A DNA stretch of 64,000 bases from Macrostomum lignano (lineage: Eukaryota), in contig NIVC01000503.1 in NCBI GenBank assembly GCA_002269645.1, forward strand, positions 32,168 to 96,167, read 5' to 3'. The notes below the pieces were generated by a model, which saw only the letters and a program-made list of their open reading frames with translations, did not search any database and was not told the DNA's origin. Below, piece after piece: positions 24,475 through 37,200 of the stretch (position 1 is the first letter of the stretch; every line of letters starts with the position of its first letter). The position numbers were made by a program, and so were the translations under genes.

Positions 24475-27400
24475 ATGTCTTCGAAAATCGCTGAAGCTGA
24501 GCAGCACATTAAAGCTGCCGAGGACAGGTAGGTGTTAGTGTTATAATATTGTGTGCATAAATGGCAGTTGTTGTTGTTACGGCGACTGTATAAATAACAA
24601 AATGGTTATTTTTATGGTTAGACAGTATCTGGGCCTAGGGACCAGGGGTGAAGCGGCAGGAATTTCCAAGTCCTACAGGGGGGATACACCAAGGTGAATT
24701 TTCTACAGGGGGGATACACCAAGGTAAAAGTGCTATGACAGAGTCACATGGTAGCATGTATAGCAACAAAGGGCAACAAAAAATTTTTGGTCAGGCTCTT
24801 CAGGGGGATACATCCCCCTTATCCCACACTCCAGATCATGTAGTATATGCCCAATAATTTGGGTGTGTATGTGCATTGGCCTTTCATGCCAAAATTAGGC
24901 GTGCACAGTTGGCATGCATCACTCCTAAGAAAATAGTATGCGTTGCACACCTGGTGTGTACTTTATAGAATCACGTGTAAGAGTTATTATGAAGTAGAAA
25001 AAAATATGAAAAAAGTTCATTTTAAGCACAAATTTCAAGCTTTCCGGTTTTTTCAAGCTTGTAAAAGAGCATTTAAACAAATCTTTTCATGTAGGCCTAT
25101 AAAATTTCCGCTGTAAATAGTATTGCTGAAAAAGCATAAAAAGCAACCAAATTATCTGGTAATAAAGGTCTATTATACAATTTAAAAAAGGTATTTTGTT
25201 GTCACCATAAAAAAGGTCATTTATTGTCGCAACACTGGCATATTTTTGAGAATGGGCATGCACTACATTTTTTTCGGCATGCATTTGTAATTATTCAATT
25301 TTTGTTTGGGTGTGCACCCAGCATAAACTGGACTATGGCCCTTATCCCCCCTCCCTATGCCCTTGCTAAGGATACTATCTAGGCCTAGCTAGGCCTAGGG
25401 TCTTAACTTAATGTAACCATATATAGCAAAACTGTTACCATTGTCCATTTCATGCTTGGCATTACACCGGAAGAAAACTGATGAAATTTCATCATTTACG
25501 CCAGACTTATGCTAGGCTTAGTGCATACCAGGCATAATGCCTAGACTAGGATGGAGGTGTCAGTGAGGCAGTTTGTATGAATATCTTTCATTTTTTTAAT
25601 TTAAATAACGTTTCCATTTGTATATTATAATTAAAACTTTATAAACATATAAGTATTAAAAAGATAATAATGTAAAAGTTTTTGCATTACAGCACAATTT
25701 CTAGATTTTAAACTTTGTTTTACTTTTTTACAAATAATAAAATATAATGTAGTGATTTAAATTCTCAATTGTATTCAAATACTGGAAATAAGCTATAGTC
25801 ATTAAAACCATAGTCAATGTTTATTTCTGGTCAGGGAAACATGCCAAAAGATTATCTGTCTCAATTGTTTTTATGCTCGCCATTTATGCCAATCCATTTT
25901 TTACAGGGTATGGACAATAAATTGGCAGTAGGACGAGAAAAAACTGTCTATTATAGATAAAAAATACTTTCACTCTTCCTATAGTTTTAATTACATAAAT
26001 TGTTAGTCGCATGTTTGTAGGTTGTGTAGTGATACATCAGCAGCAATATTATTCAATAAATCTACTATTAGCCTTGACAATTTGCTCTAGCTGATAACAA
26101 AATTAGGAGTATGCATAGCAGATGCTATCCTTGTTGACTGTGGCTGTTTCCTATGTTATTGTCCTTGAGGGCAGCCACACTATTATGGTACATTCAGTTT
26201 GGGGCTCTCTCCAACATGTCCCAGTAAAAATATTCCAATGGATTGGCATCCGGTGAATTTAGAGGCCATATGTCGGGAGTCTATACTAGGTCAATGTTGG
26301 CCTGCAGCCAATCTTAGATAGTCCAAGCTATGTGAGCTAGCACAGTCCTAGTCCTGCTAGAAAACATATAGCCTACCAGCTGCTACACTGTCAATCCATG
26401 GCTTCACAGCAGTCTAAAGCATTTTGAGATATAAATCCTTGCCAACTCTGGCTCATTGATCAAAGAAGTGCAGTGGCATTGCGTTACTCTCATTTAAGAG
26501 GACTGACAGCATTATCATAGATGCTGGGTACTTTGACCGCATCACAACTAGAATGTCTTCAATATGCTGGCATAGCCAATGGTCATTGCATTAGTTGAAT
26601 TTGGCATCCAGAACAAAGACTTTCTCATTGCTAAAAAAGTGAATGCGCCCAGCCGCTTCATGCTTCAATGATGATAGCAATGACTGGCAGCGGGCAACAT
26701 GCCTGTCTTTCTGCTGTGGAGTGAGGAGCTGGTGAACCTTTAGCAAGTAAGAATGGTAGCGCAAGTCTTCTAGCATTGCCTTTCGAATTGTCTTTTCATC
26801 CATTTCTAGCATTTAGGCCAGCTGCCGCATAGACTGCAAAGGATCTTGATTGATAAGTCCTTGCAGCCTTTCAATGAATGCTAGTATCCTCATTCTGTCT
26901 GAACAGGGAGCATGCGCCTTGTGCTGAGATGCTAAAGCTTCTTCAGCATTATCTGCTTCTCAAAATTGCTTTGCAATTTGATACACAATGCACTCAGGGA
27001 TGTTGTGGAATTGTACAATCTCTCTAGCTAACCTTCTGGTGTGCAGTCCTGGTATGATAGTAGCTATTGTCATATCCCTTTGACATTGCTAGTCATACAT
27101 GCACAACCTCCAAAATTTGGTCAGCCATGCGACTTAGTTTTAACAAAAATTAGTCTTGGCATAAATGCTTGGCATAGGAATTAAATGGTGGACGGTAAAT
27201 TGGCAGTAGTTTTAACCATAGACAACTTTACTCTTATATAACCCATGGGCACCAAACTTTACACAAGTATTCTTCATGCAACTAAAATTTACAGCTATAT
27301 GAGTCAGATCTTATTACACTAGCAACATACATGCACAACAGTTGGCCGAGTTGGCCAATCTAGCCAACCGATTTGGCGGCCAACCAAGGAAGTCGCAAAA

Positions 27401-30400
27401 ATGCCCACCCGAAAAAACACCTAAGTAGTACTAAGTAGCTGACAAGACATTTTGGCTTAATAAGACAGTCATAGTTACTCCTGCCGTTCACCCAAAGTTG
27501 CGTCAATTTTGCTTTAGGGTTTTTTACATGTAAGTCGAATTTTTGTCTAGAATTATGCCAGGGATTTACAGCATAACTGTAACAAAATGGACTATGGAAC
27601 TTATTTTTATAGTTACCATAGGTAGGAAAAAAATAGCTATTTTTATGGTTGTGTAGAAGAAATTTCATTTAAATTCAATGTAATAGTTAACAATTACCTA
27701 AAGTAAGCTACTGTGACAAGGACCATTAGAAGTTACCATTGTATAAATTTATTTATTCATAACATTTTTCTTATTTTTAAATTTAACCATTTTAGTATTT
27801 GTACTGCAGGTTCATTACTTCATTTAGATGGTATTTGTTTTAACTGTTAACTGTAAAAAGAACCATCTCAATATTTATACAGTCACCATAACAATAACAA
27901 CTGCCATTATAAATTTGTCTTTATATACAGATTATTTTTTAATATTTTGAATAAAAACTTGAAGATAGCTTAAAATATTCCTTCAATAGTGTTTATATTA
28001 TCAATATACTATAGTGTCAATCCTGCCATGATTATTTTAGTGTGATTTAAATAAAAATATAGTGCATAGAATTTTTATACATACCATACCATGTTTTGCT
28101 TTGTAACATTTTATGCCAATAGGATACCTTTCATTTTCTAGTTTTTAGAAGTTTGAGCATTTTAATTTAAGCCAAGACAAAGAAGACATAATTTCAATTT
28201 CATAAAGAACGCCTAAATATATATTTATTTTAATATGTTAATTAGGTTGATGATGGACCAAGGTGGCCACAAGGCAAACCTATTTCTTATTGCTTTGAAA
28301 GGAAGGCTAAAAGAAGGGTAAGGTATAGAAATGGAAGCTTTCTCTTGTCAATTCCTCTTATCTCAACCTGATTCTTATCTCATCTCTTATTTTAACTCAT
28401 TCCTAATTCAAGGTCAAGGAAAGGCTGAGAGGAAAGTAAGGTATAGAAATAGAAACTTTTTCTTATTAATTCCTCTTATCTCAACCTCTAAGTCTATATC
28501 TTATTTGTCAAACTATATAGTTTTGGATAGGCCTAGCTTTTGAATGACTAATACTTAATACTATATTATTGACAATTAGGCCTATAACTTTAGGCCTATA
28601 GGCCTAAAGTATGTACTTGTTAAAACTAAAAATGGTTTTGATTAGTGTTTCACCATAAGGAGGGTCTATATGCTATTGCTATAGCCATAAGCAAAACTAT
28701 TGCTTATTCCAATTCTCCATATTCCATAGCCATAGGGACCCCAATATTACTATATTCCCATAGTTCCCATAGCCATAGCCATAGTTTCAACAAAAAGTCT
28801 AGGAATCAAAATATTTTGACTCAAAAAGATAACCAGGTTCTTAAACACCTTAAGATGGAAAATAAAACAAACCCTCAATTGCCTTTATAAGATTGTATTT
28901 CGTCTTTGACAAAGGGTAACAATACTTAATCACTACTGAAAGTACTAATGCTGAACTTTTTCACATTAATAAAAGTTAGACTTTGCTAATGTTTTATTGT
29001 ATTTTATTAACTATAATCTATATGTTTCTAAGTCTATAATACAGTTTTCCAAAGTATCTTTGTTTTACTCTACTTGTTTCTTATAGTTTTTTTAATTAAT
29101 AACTAGGGCTACAGGAATCTATGGAATATGACAACAATTATCATATTTCTGTAGTCATAGCTATAAAAGCAGCTATCTACCGTAGGCATATCTATAGTTT
29201 CCATCGGCAGGTCTATTTTACCATATTTAGGGTTTCTTTCATAGGTAAATCTCTTTTTTGGTCAAAAAGCAAGTTGCATGACCAGTATAAATCAGGGGAA
29301 TTGCACATGTATGTTTAAATATGGTTCCAATTCTTAAATCACCAAATTCAAATTATATAAAAGCCAATTTCTACTGCTCATAGAGCAGAACATGGAATAA
29401 AGGTATGTTAACTTTCTAAATTTGTTCCTATTATAATCCTATAAATTTGTGTACCTACATATACAATTGTGCACTTGACAGTGTCCATGTGTTTTTATAT
29501 TGTGGCTATCATATTTATTGATATAAATATGGGAGAAAGTTTGTTACAGCTAAAGTTTATTTACATGTCACAAAATGCTAGCATAATTTTTTTGCTCCAA
29601 AATAATTTATAGTTTATTGCCTTCAATTCTCCAAAATTAGCCTATTTTTATAATCAAACTTGTTATAGTTTTAAACTATATATTTATTAAGTCTCATTGA
29701 GTATAAAGAGTAGAAATAGGATAGGCAAAATTTTTCCTTTATAAATAGTGTTTATTTTCTTAAAAATATATTGGCTACTTTAAATACAGAACCCAGAATT
29801 TTTTATCTAGTTCTGTATACCAGGTATAATTAAAATTCAAAACTATTATGGTTATTGAAGGCAAGCTAGTAAGAATACATTGCTATACATAATGTCAAAA
29901 ACAGTATATTTGCCAGTTAGTAAGCATGCTAAAATATGCCGCCATTTAACCCAGCCTGAAGACTGGACTGCTCAAGATGCGCCGCAGTCCAGATTACGAC
30001 TCAGCTGCTGACGAGTATGCCAAAGCTGCCGCCGCCTTCCGTGCCGCTCGCGAATTCAAACGGTCCCAACAGATGCTGGTTAAAACTGCCGACATCACTG
30101 CCAACCATTTGAAGAACCTGTTCCACGCGGCTAAGCACCTGGAGACGGCCGCTCTTCTGGCTAAGGAGGTCAAGAACTATGAAGAGGCAGCGGAATGGCT
30201 GGCTAAAGCTGGTAGGATGCTGCGCGAGAATGGGAACCCGGATAGCGCCTCGCTCATGCTGGAGAAGGGGGCTAAGTGAGTCCTGGTCTTGAGTCATTTC
30301 TTTTACTGATTTGCAAAATAAATTTCTTGGAATTGAATAGATTAGCAATCCACAGTCACAATTAATTGGATAGATTAGCAATCCACACTGTGTCACAATG

Positions 30401-32341
30401 AACTGGATAGATTAGCAATCCACACTGTGTCACAATGAACTGGATAGATTAGCAATCCACACTGTGTCACAATGAACTGGATAGATTAGCAATCCACACT
30501 GTGTCACAATGAACTGGATAGATTAGCAATCCACACTGTGTCACAATGAATTGGATAGATTAGCAATCCACACTGTGTCACAATGAACTGGATAGATTAG
30601 CAATCCACACTGTGTCACAATGAATTGGATAGATTAGCAATCCACACTGTGTCACAATGAACTGGATAGATTAGCAATCCACACTGTGTCACAATGAATT
30701 GTCAATAGATTAGCAATCCACACTGTGTCACAATGAATTGGATAGATTAGCAATCCACACTGTGTCACAATGAATTGTCAATAGATTAGCAATCCACACT
30801 GTGTCACAATGAACTGGATAGATTAGCAATCCACACTGTGTCACAATGAACTGGATAGATTAGCAATCCACACTGTGTCACAATGAATTGTCAATAGATT
30901 AGCAATCCACACTGTGTCACAATGAATTGGATAGATTAGCAATCCACACTGTGTCACAATGAATTGTCAATAGATTAGCAATCCACACTGTGTCACAATG
31001 AACTGGATAGATTAGCAATCCACACTGTGTCACAATGAACTGGATAGATTAGCAATCCACACTGTCACAATGAATTGGATAGATTAGCAATCCACACTGT
31101 GTCACAATGAATTGTCAATAGATTAGCAATCCACACTGTGTCACAATGAATTGGATAGATTAGCAATCCACATTGTGTCACAATGAACTGGATAGATTAG
31201 CAATCCACACTGTGTCACAATGAACTGGATAGATTAGCAATCCACACTGTGTCACAATGAATTGTCAATAGATTAGCAATCCACACTGTGTCACAATGAA
31301 CTGGATAGATTAGCAATCCACACTGTGTCACAATGAACTGGATAGATTAGCAATCCACACTGTGTCACAATGAATTGGATAGATTAGCAATCCACATTGT
31401 GTCACAATGAACTGGATAGATTAGCAATCCACACTGTGTCACAATGAATTGGATAGATTAGCAATCCACATTGTGTCACAATGAATTGGATAGATTAGCA
31501 ATCCACACTGTGTCACAATGAATTGGATAGATTAGCAATCCACATTGTGTCACAATGAACTGGATAGATTAGCAATCCACACTGTGTCACAATGAATTGG
31601 ATAGATTAGCAATCCATACTGTGTCACAATGAACTGTCAATAGATTAGCAATCCACATTGTGTCACAATGAACTGGATAGATTAGCAATCCACATTGTGT
31701 CACAATGAACTGGATAGATTAGCAATCCACACTGTGTCACAATGAATTAAGTGAGTTAATGACTGAAAACTCGAATCGGCAGGATGCTGGAGGAGCCGCT
31801 GCCCGAAGCCTCGGCCAGGCTGTACAGCGACTCAGCTGAAGCGGCCGACATCGAGGACAAAGTAGGTCAGGCTGCCCAGTGCCTCGGCCACGCCTGTCGA
31901 ATGCTGATCCGTGCTGGCAAGCTGGACGCTGCAGCCGACGTGGCCAGACGGCGGGTCGGTCAAGCTGGCCGGGATTCGAACCCGGACACCCTGTCCAAAG
32001 CTGTGCTAGCCCTAGTGGTGGTGGAGCTCGGCCGCGGAGATCTAGTAGCAGCTAGGAAAGCGTTCAACGATTCCGTGCACGTCAGCTCGTTCCAAACTGG
32101 CGACGACTGCGGCCCCCTGCAGACTCTGCTGGAGGCCTGCGAGCAGATGGACGGCGATCGGGGGCGTCAGGCCCTGCAGAATCCCGTGTTCCGCTACATG
32201 GACAATGAATTCGCTAAATTAGCTAGATCGATTCGATTGCCGGAGGCGCGCCAGAAACCGTCAGCTGCCGGTGGCGCGGCCGCAGAGGCTGCTGGTGCTG
32301 GCGCCGAGGACGCTGAAGAGTTTGACGGTGGGTTGTGTTGA
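24475..32341 (+). CDS. NAPG: Gamma-soluble NSF attachment protein (gamma-SNAP), 310 aa, 3 exons
   Basis: Exons 24475-24527 (MSSKIAEAEQHIKAAED, AG|GTAGG), 29955-30275 (SLKTGLLKMRRSPDYDSAADEYAKAAAAF...LEKGA, AA|GTGAG) and 31783-32341 (FRYMDNEFAKLARSI...EEFDGGLC*) splice in phase 2/2 and total 933 nt. The LKTG..K..PDYDSAA.EY and acidic ...GGLC terminus motifs are typical of gamma-SNAP. Confidence 0.93.
25904..27090 (-). mobile_element. Degenerate Tc1/mariner-superfamily transposon (maT/DD37D-like) in NAPG intron 1
   Basis: Minus-strand fragments: KTIRKAMLEDLRYHSYLLKVHQLLT...RIHFFSNEK (26591-26812), AAGRLYVF*QD (~26370), AH.A.TI*DWLQANI, and TPDIWPLNSPDANPLEYFYWDMLE (~26200-26280; WPxxSPDLNP motif). 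Multiple stops and frameshifts. TA|CAGGGTATGGACAATAAATTGGCAGTAG at 25902-25931 may be one TIR; I found no inverted partner. Confidence 0.75.
30341..31747. repeat. 37/39-bp tandem array (about 37 copies) filling NAPG intron 2
   Basis: Monomer TAGATTAGCAATCCACACTGTGTCACAATGAACTGGA, period measured 30371 to 30408. A 39-bp variant has AATTGTCAA. Confidence 0.98.
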
Positions 32342-33059
32342 TTATCAAAAACTGATTTACCACATTTTTCCTAGCTTTGCAGAAAAATGTTGTAAAATTT
32401 CTATATTTCTACTTATATAGTCCGATATCAGTAGTCAAATATGGACACGCGTGTTCAATTGGCTTCACTCTATATATTTTTGTTGCTTTGCTGTCTTATT
32501 TCGTGGGCATTCGCTGTTGATATCATTCATAAATATTATTAATATAATAGTGAAGCAGACAATTATTCACTTATCTAGTCATTCTGGAAATATAGGTTAA
32601 ATAAAACTCATTAACTCACTATTGTTTAGATGCACGCTTGATTATATTTGTTGTGATTTCTATATGTAGGTCGTAGGAAAATTTTAGACAGCATAATACT
32701 TTTCATTGTCCTGATTACTTTCCTACTATCTGCTTAGCAAAACAATCAGTTTGTTTTCATTTGAACTTTTTGTGCACATCTTAACTATCTGTTGCAATTA
32801 AAAATATAATCTATATATTAAGTACACGTATATATTAAAATATATACTGACACAGAAAATATTCGATGCTTATAAGGAACCGCAATGCTGATTCTGTTGG
32901 CTCCTATTTGATGGAAATTTATAGTTGCTTTCTTGTGCGTTCTGGTCAATTATGCTAATTTTATTTCAATTTGTAATATGCTTGTTGTGTGATTGATTGG
33001 TTAGGTAATTAAAACAGCTATCTTGTTCACTTAAGGACTATATTGTAGTAAAGGAAGAG

Positions 33060-33362
33060 TGTCACGGAGGGTTGTGGGAAGAGTCAGAGGGGGTTGTAAA
33101 GAGAGTGTCAGGGAGGGTTGTGAAGAGAGTGTCAGGGAGGGTTGTTAGGAGAGTGTCAGGGAGGGTTGTTAGGAGAGTGTCAGGGAGGGTTGTGGGGAGA
33201 GTGTCAGGGAGGGTTGTTAGGAGAGTGTCAGGGAGGGTTGTGGGGAGAGTGTCAGGGAGGGTTGTTAGGAGAGTGTCAGGGAGGGTTGTGGGGAGAGTGT
33301 CAGGGAGGGTTGTGGGGAGAGTGTCAGGGAGGGTTGTTAGGAGAGTGTCAGGGAGGGTTGTG
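33060..33362. repeat. 24-bp G-rich minisatellite (about 12 copies)
   Basis: Unit GAGAGTGTCAGGGAGGGTTG(TTAG/TGGG). Confidence 0.95.
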
Positions 33363-33627
33363 GCTGTGGTTAAGGTCAGAGCGGGTTATGGAGAGTCTCG
33401 GGGAAGGTTCAAGGGTTGTGTTTATTATTCCATAATCAGTTTGCTTTCTTTAATTGCTTCTGCATCCTTCAAATTGAGTCAAACCTCGCACATCCCCCAC
33501 TTGTGCGATACTCTAGCCACACTTTGGTAATGCCTGGATATATACGAGTACATATTGGTGTTCAATGACACCGATGAGCATTGCTAGTATACATATGTAC
33601 AATTATCTCCTTCCTTCCTCCTTCTCT

Positions 33628-33652
33628 TCCCCTAATACTAAAACCGACGCGA

Positions 33653-33683
<31 letters not shown>

Positions 33684-35570
33684 ATGTAGCAAGTGAACTC
33701 CTACAATTCTACTAAGTCAGCGTCAAAACTTATATGGGAAAACTGCAAATTTTCCGGAGCAGGCTTTAGGCTATTTTAATTTTTAATTTCCACATTTTAA
33801 CATCCCTAAAAAAGCAGAAAACTGCTTTTTTAACCCCCAATAACCTTCTTTGGCCACTCTGACTGGGGCTGCAGCCAGTTTGTAAAAATAGCCACCCCAA
33901 CCTCCGCCCGCGGGCCGCTGTGTATTGAGGGGTGGTGGGTGCAGGTGTTCTGAGTTCAATGCAAATAAAACCCCCCGCGTGTTGGGGGGTTGAGTTAAAT
34001 TTAATGCTTCCCCAGAACGGGGGTTGGGCTTGGGCTGAGTGTACATAGCAGTTGTACAGTGTAAACAGATGGACTGTGTCAAGATTCATTTGGTTTTATT
34101 ATTGGCGCCTTTTTTCTATAGGCAGCCCTGTGTATTAGCTTAGCAGTGAAATTCAATGAATTGCGAGCTTCTCTAGCAAGCAGTCGGGAAATCGGTAAAT
34201 TTCAAACGCTAACTGTTCCTTGAGTTTTAAACTTTGAGAGGAGACACTTATATTGCTGGAAATATCTTGCAACGCTGAGTTTAGGGATATAAGTTGTTTG
34301 CTTTAAATATGAAAAGAAAAAGCACCAGATTTAAAAAACTATTTCCATACTTTTAACTGTTAGTCTGTTTGTCAGTTGGATAACTCCTCCTAGACTACCT
34401 GCAAGTCAGCGTTGAAACTTATGTGGGAAAACTGCAAATTTACCGGCTTTGGCTATAGGCTATTTTAAATCTTTCATTTTTACATTTTAAGATCCCTAAA
34501 AAAGCAGAAAACTGCATTTTTTAACTTTCATAATCTTATTTGTCCCCTCTTTCTGCTCGGAGCTGAAAATTGGCATAATTTTGAGTGATTATGCCACAAC
34601 TTTTTCCTATGTCGCCAGTGCATTTTCTCTCCTGTGGGGGAATGGGCACGTTCTCATTGGCGGCATGTGTACAATCGGACCCTGGCTCACTGGCTGACTT
34701 TATAGACAATTGCGCATTTATTTGTGTTCTGTTTTTTAACAGGAAGCCCTGCGTATTTTTTTCAAAGTGAAATTCAGTGCATTTTAATGCATAAACTTGC
34801 GAGCATCTTTAGCAGGCAGTGAACGTACACTCGATATTTCAATGCTTAAAATCAGAAAGTTTCAAACACTAACTGTTGCTCGAGTTTTGAACTTAGAGAG
34901 GAGAGACTTATATTGCTGGAAAGATCTTGCTGCGATGAGTTCGAGGATATAAGTTTTTTGCTTTAAATATAAAAATTAAATTCACAGCATTCAAGAAAAG
35001 ATTTTCATACTTTTAGCTTTCTGCAAAGATTGTGCTCATTTTGGAGTTCAATGGAGGTTCGACCGACCCCCCAATAGTTGGTGGGGGGGGGGTTCAATTT
35101 CTAGCTGCACTGCGTATTGGAAGGGGGGTCGGTTGCTGTGTATTTGAGGGTTGATTTAGATTGCGCAATCTTTTTGTTAACTTTAACTGAGGCTGATACT
35201 GACTGCCTGAGAAATAAGTTGCGCAATTTAATTGGTTCAATGTTTTTACGGCGCCTTTCAACACGCAGCTGTGTAGCTCTAACCCTAACCCTAACCCTAA
35301 CCAATGAATTCTGAGAACTGGGCTGTTTGACGTAGAAATTTCGATTTAGTCCAGTTTCACGGAGAGGATTTCTATTTTGCGGAGAATATTTCGATGGTGT
35401 TCAGTTTCACGGAGAGGATTTCGATAGTGTTCAGTTTCACGGAGACGATTTCTGTTGCGCGGAGAGGTGTTGGAAAATGGGATTCCGCTGATGGAGTTCA
35501 GGGAATGGAATTCCGCTGATTGGAGTTCTTCCCCTTTCTTCTCCGAAAGAGGAGTTGGCCTCGTCTACAT
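33628..35570 (+). mobile_element. Non-autonomous repeat, left arm of a near-identical inverted duplication; Helitron-like 5' end
   Basis: Begins CCTAATACTAAAA...(GTCT)n, the TC/TATA-AAAA-microsatellite layout of invertebrate non-autonomous Helitrons. 33628-34723 is the reverse complement of 43861-44957, and 34722-35570 is the reverse complement of ~39895-40748. Confidence 0.8.
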
Positions 35571-36250
35571 ATAAAAATCAAAACTCTGTCTGTCTGTGTG
35601 TGTGTCTGTGTACAAATTTGATCGCTATGGACTCCCAAACCGCTCAACCAAATGACACAAAACTTTACACCCACCCTAAACTTACTACGGAGAATGTCTT
35701 AGGCTACCTTTAAATTTCCTAAATTTGAGTCTTCCCACCTAAAAGTACAAAAAACTGCTCAAAATTTGTGATTTTTTCACTAAATCCTCCATAGCGCCGC
35801 TCCACTTCTACCAATCCTCTTCAAATTTAACACAGATAATCTTAAACTATTTTGGCACAATCTTGTAAAATTTCGAGTCTCAAAGTTAATCCTGAGCGGT
35901 GCTGTGCACTTTTAAAGTTAGGCTGTTTTTTTCAGCGTAGCAACCACCCCAACCTCCGCCCGCCTGCCTCTCTTTCCCGATACCGATCTGGGCCCAGATG
36001 TGTAAAAGGGTTTCAAAATTGACTAACTTTCAGCTGCCATAAGTTTGCTCCACGTAAAGCGATTGACTTTAAACTTGACACAATTCTTTATTGACTCATT
36101 CTCTATCTAAATGTAAAGTTTCAACTCTGTAACTCAACCGAAAAAGAAACTGTAAGCATGTGAAGTTTGTCTGCTTTTTCTGTTGTTTGTGCCACTCACT
36201 CATTTCCCCAGAGCCAGACGAAGGGTCAGGCGATATGGCTCAATGTACAT
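35565..36250 (+). mobile_element. Diverged non-autonomous Helitron-like element related to the arm repeat
   Basis: Starts TCTACATATAAAAATC...CTGTCTGTCTG...CTCCCAAACCGCTCAACCAAATGACACAAAACTTT. It shares CCACCCCAACCTCCGCCCGC (~35945 vs ~33893) and TGTACATAGC...TGTACAGTG with the arm. The 3' end is not clear. Confidence 0.55.
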
Positions 36251-36782
36251 AGCGAATGTACAGTGTTTTGGAATAACTTTTTAATAGCCTTCTCTGCACC
36301 CCCGCGAGTGGAGAGGCGTAGAGAGGAGAGACAGTTTAGCGAGAGATTCAAACCACTGTCCTCTGTATAGACAAGTCTGCAGCAGTTTAACAGTGGATGG
36401 CAAATCAAAAGTCAAGACAAAGTGGGATGGTTTGTAAAAATAGCGAAAAATTAATGAATAACTGATTACAATGCAATCCTACTAAATTAGTTAGTTACAG
36501 CATGAAGCTTTTAACATTAAGATTCGCATAAGGTAACTTTAACATTTAAATGGCTCCTAAGAAATGCGTATTTCCTTGGTTGTTAAACTGCTGCAGACTG
36601 TGGTGGTGGAGCTGGAGATATACAAATTCCTCTCAGGGCTGCTAATTGGCCAGAAAGATGACGTGATTAAAGCATGAGAAATATAACAACAATGATAGTA
36701 CTACATCCCACAAACTGGCTTTTGAAGACAGATTTTAATCTCTAAGGCCAGATAAATAATCCAGCTCATGGCTGCGGGTTAG

Positions 36783-37137
36783 ATGAGAGTGAAAAGGAAA
36801 AGGAAGACTATTAGAAAGGGAGGAGGGGCGAGAGGGGGGGTAAGAGAAAAGATGGAAGATAACAGGAGAGACGAGGGGGTTGAGGAGAGAACAGAATATG
36901 GGACGAAGAAGCGAGAGGAGGGGAGAGAGAAGGGAGAGGAAATAGTAGAGGTGAGAAGATGGAGAGAGAAGAGGGGAGAGATGAGACAGAAGATCGATTA
37001 GAGAGGAGAGTAGAGAAGAGTGAGAAGGGATGAGAGAACAGAGAGGTAGATGAGAGAGGATCGAGAGGAGAGATTAGAAAGGATAGAGAAGAGAGGAGAT
37101 AAGAAGGGGGAGAGAGGAGTGAGAAGAGGAGATAAGA

Positions 37138-37200
<63 letters not shown>

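Noticed and set aside
24643-25366. Possible old MITE with CAGGGG...CCCTTG ends in NAPG intron 1
   Set aside because: The terminal similarity is too degenerate and there is no clear TSD.
27319-27358. Possible minus-strand Helitron 3' end (TTGGCC/GGCCAA hairpin plus CTAG)
   Set aside because: No matching 5' end or second copy was found, so it could be chance.
28300-28500. Diverged ~118-bp tandem dimer (AGGTATAGAAAT...TTCCTCTTATCTCAACC)
   Set aside because: Real, but old and uninformative; no element boundaries could be assigned.
33072-33530. ORFs with VVRRVSGR / GECQGGLL repeats; likewise 44966-45492, 49570-50036 and 51591-52026
   Set aside because: They are translations of minisatellites whose units lack stops in some frames; no coding context.
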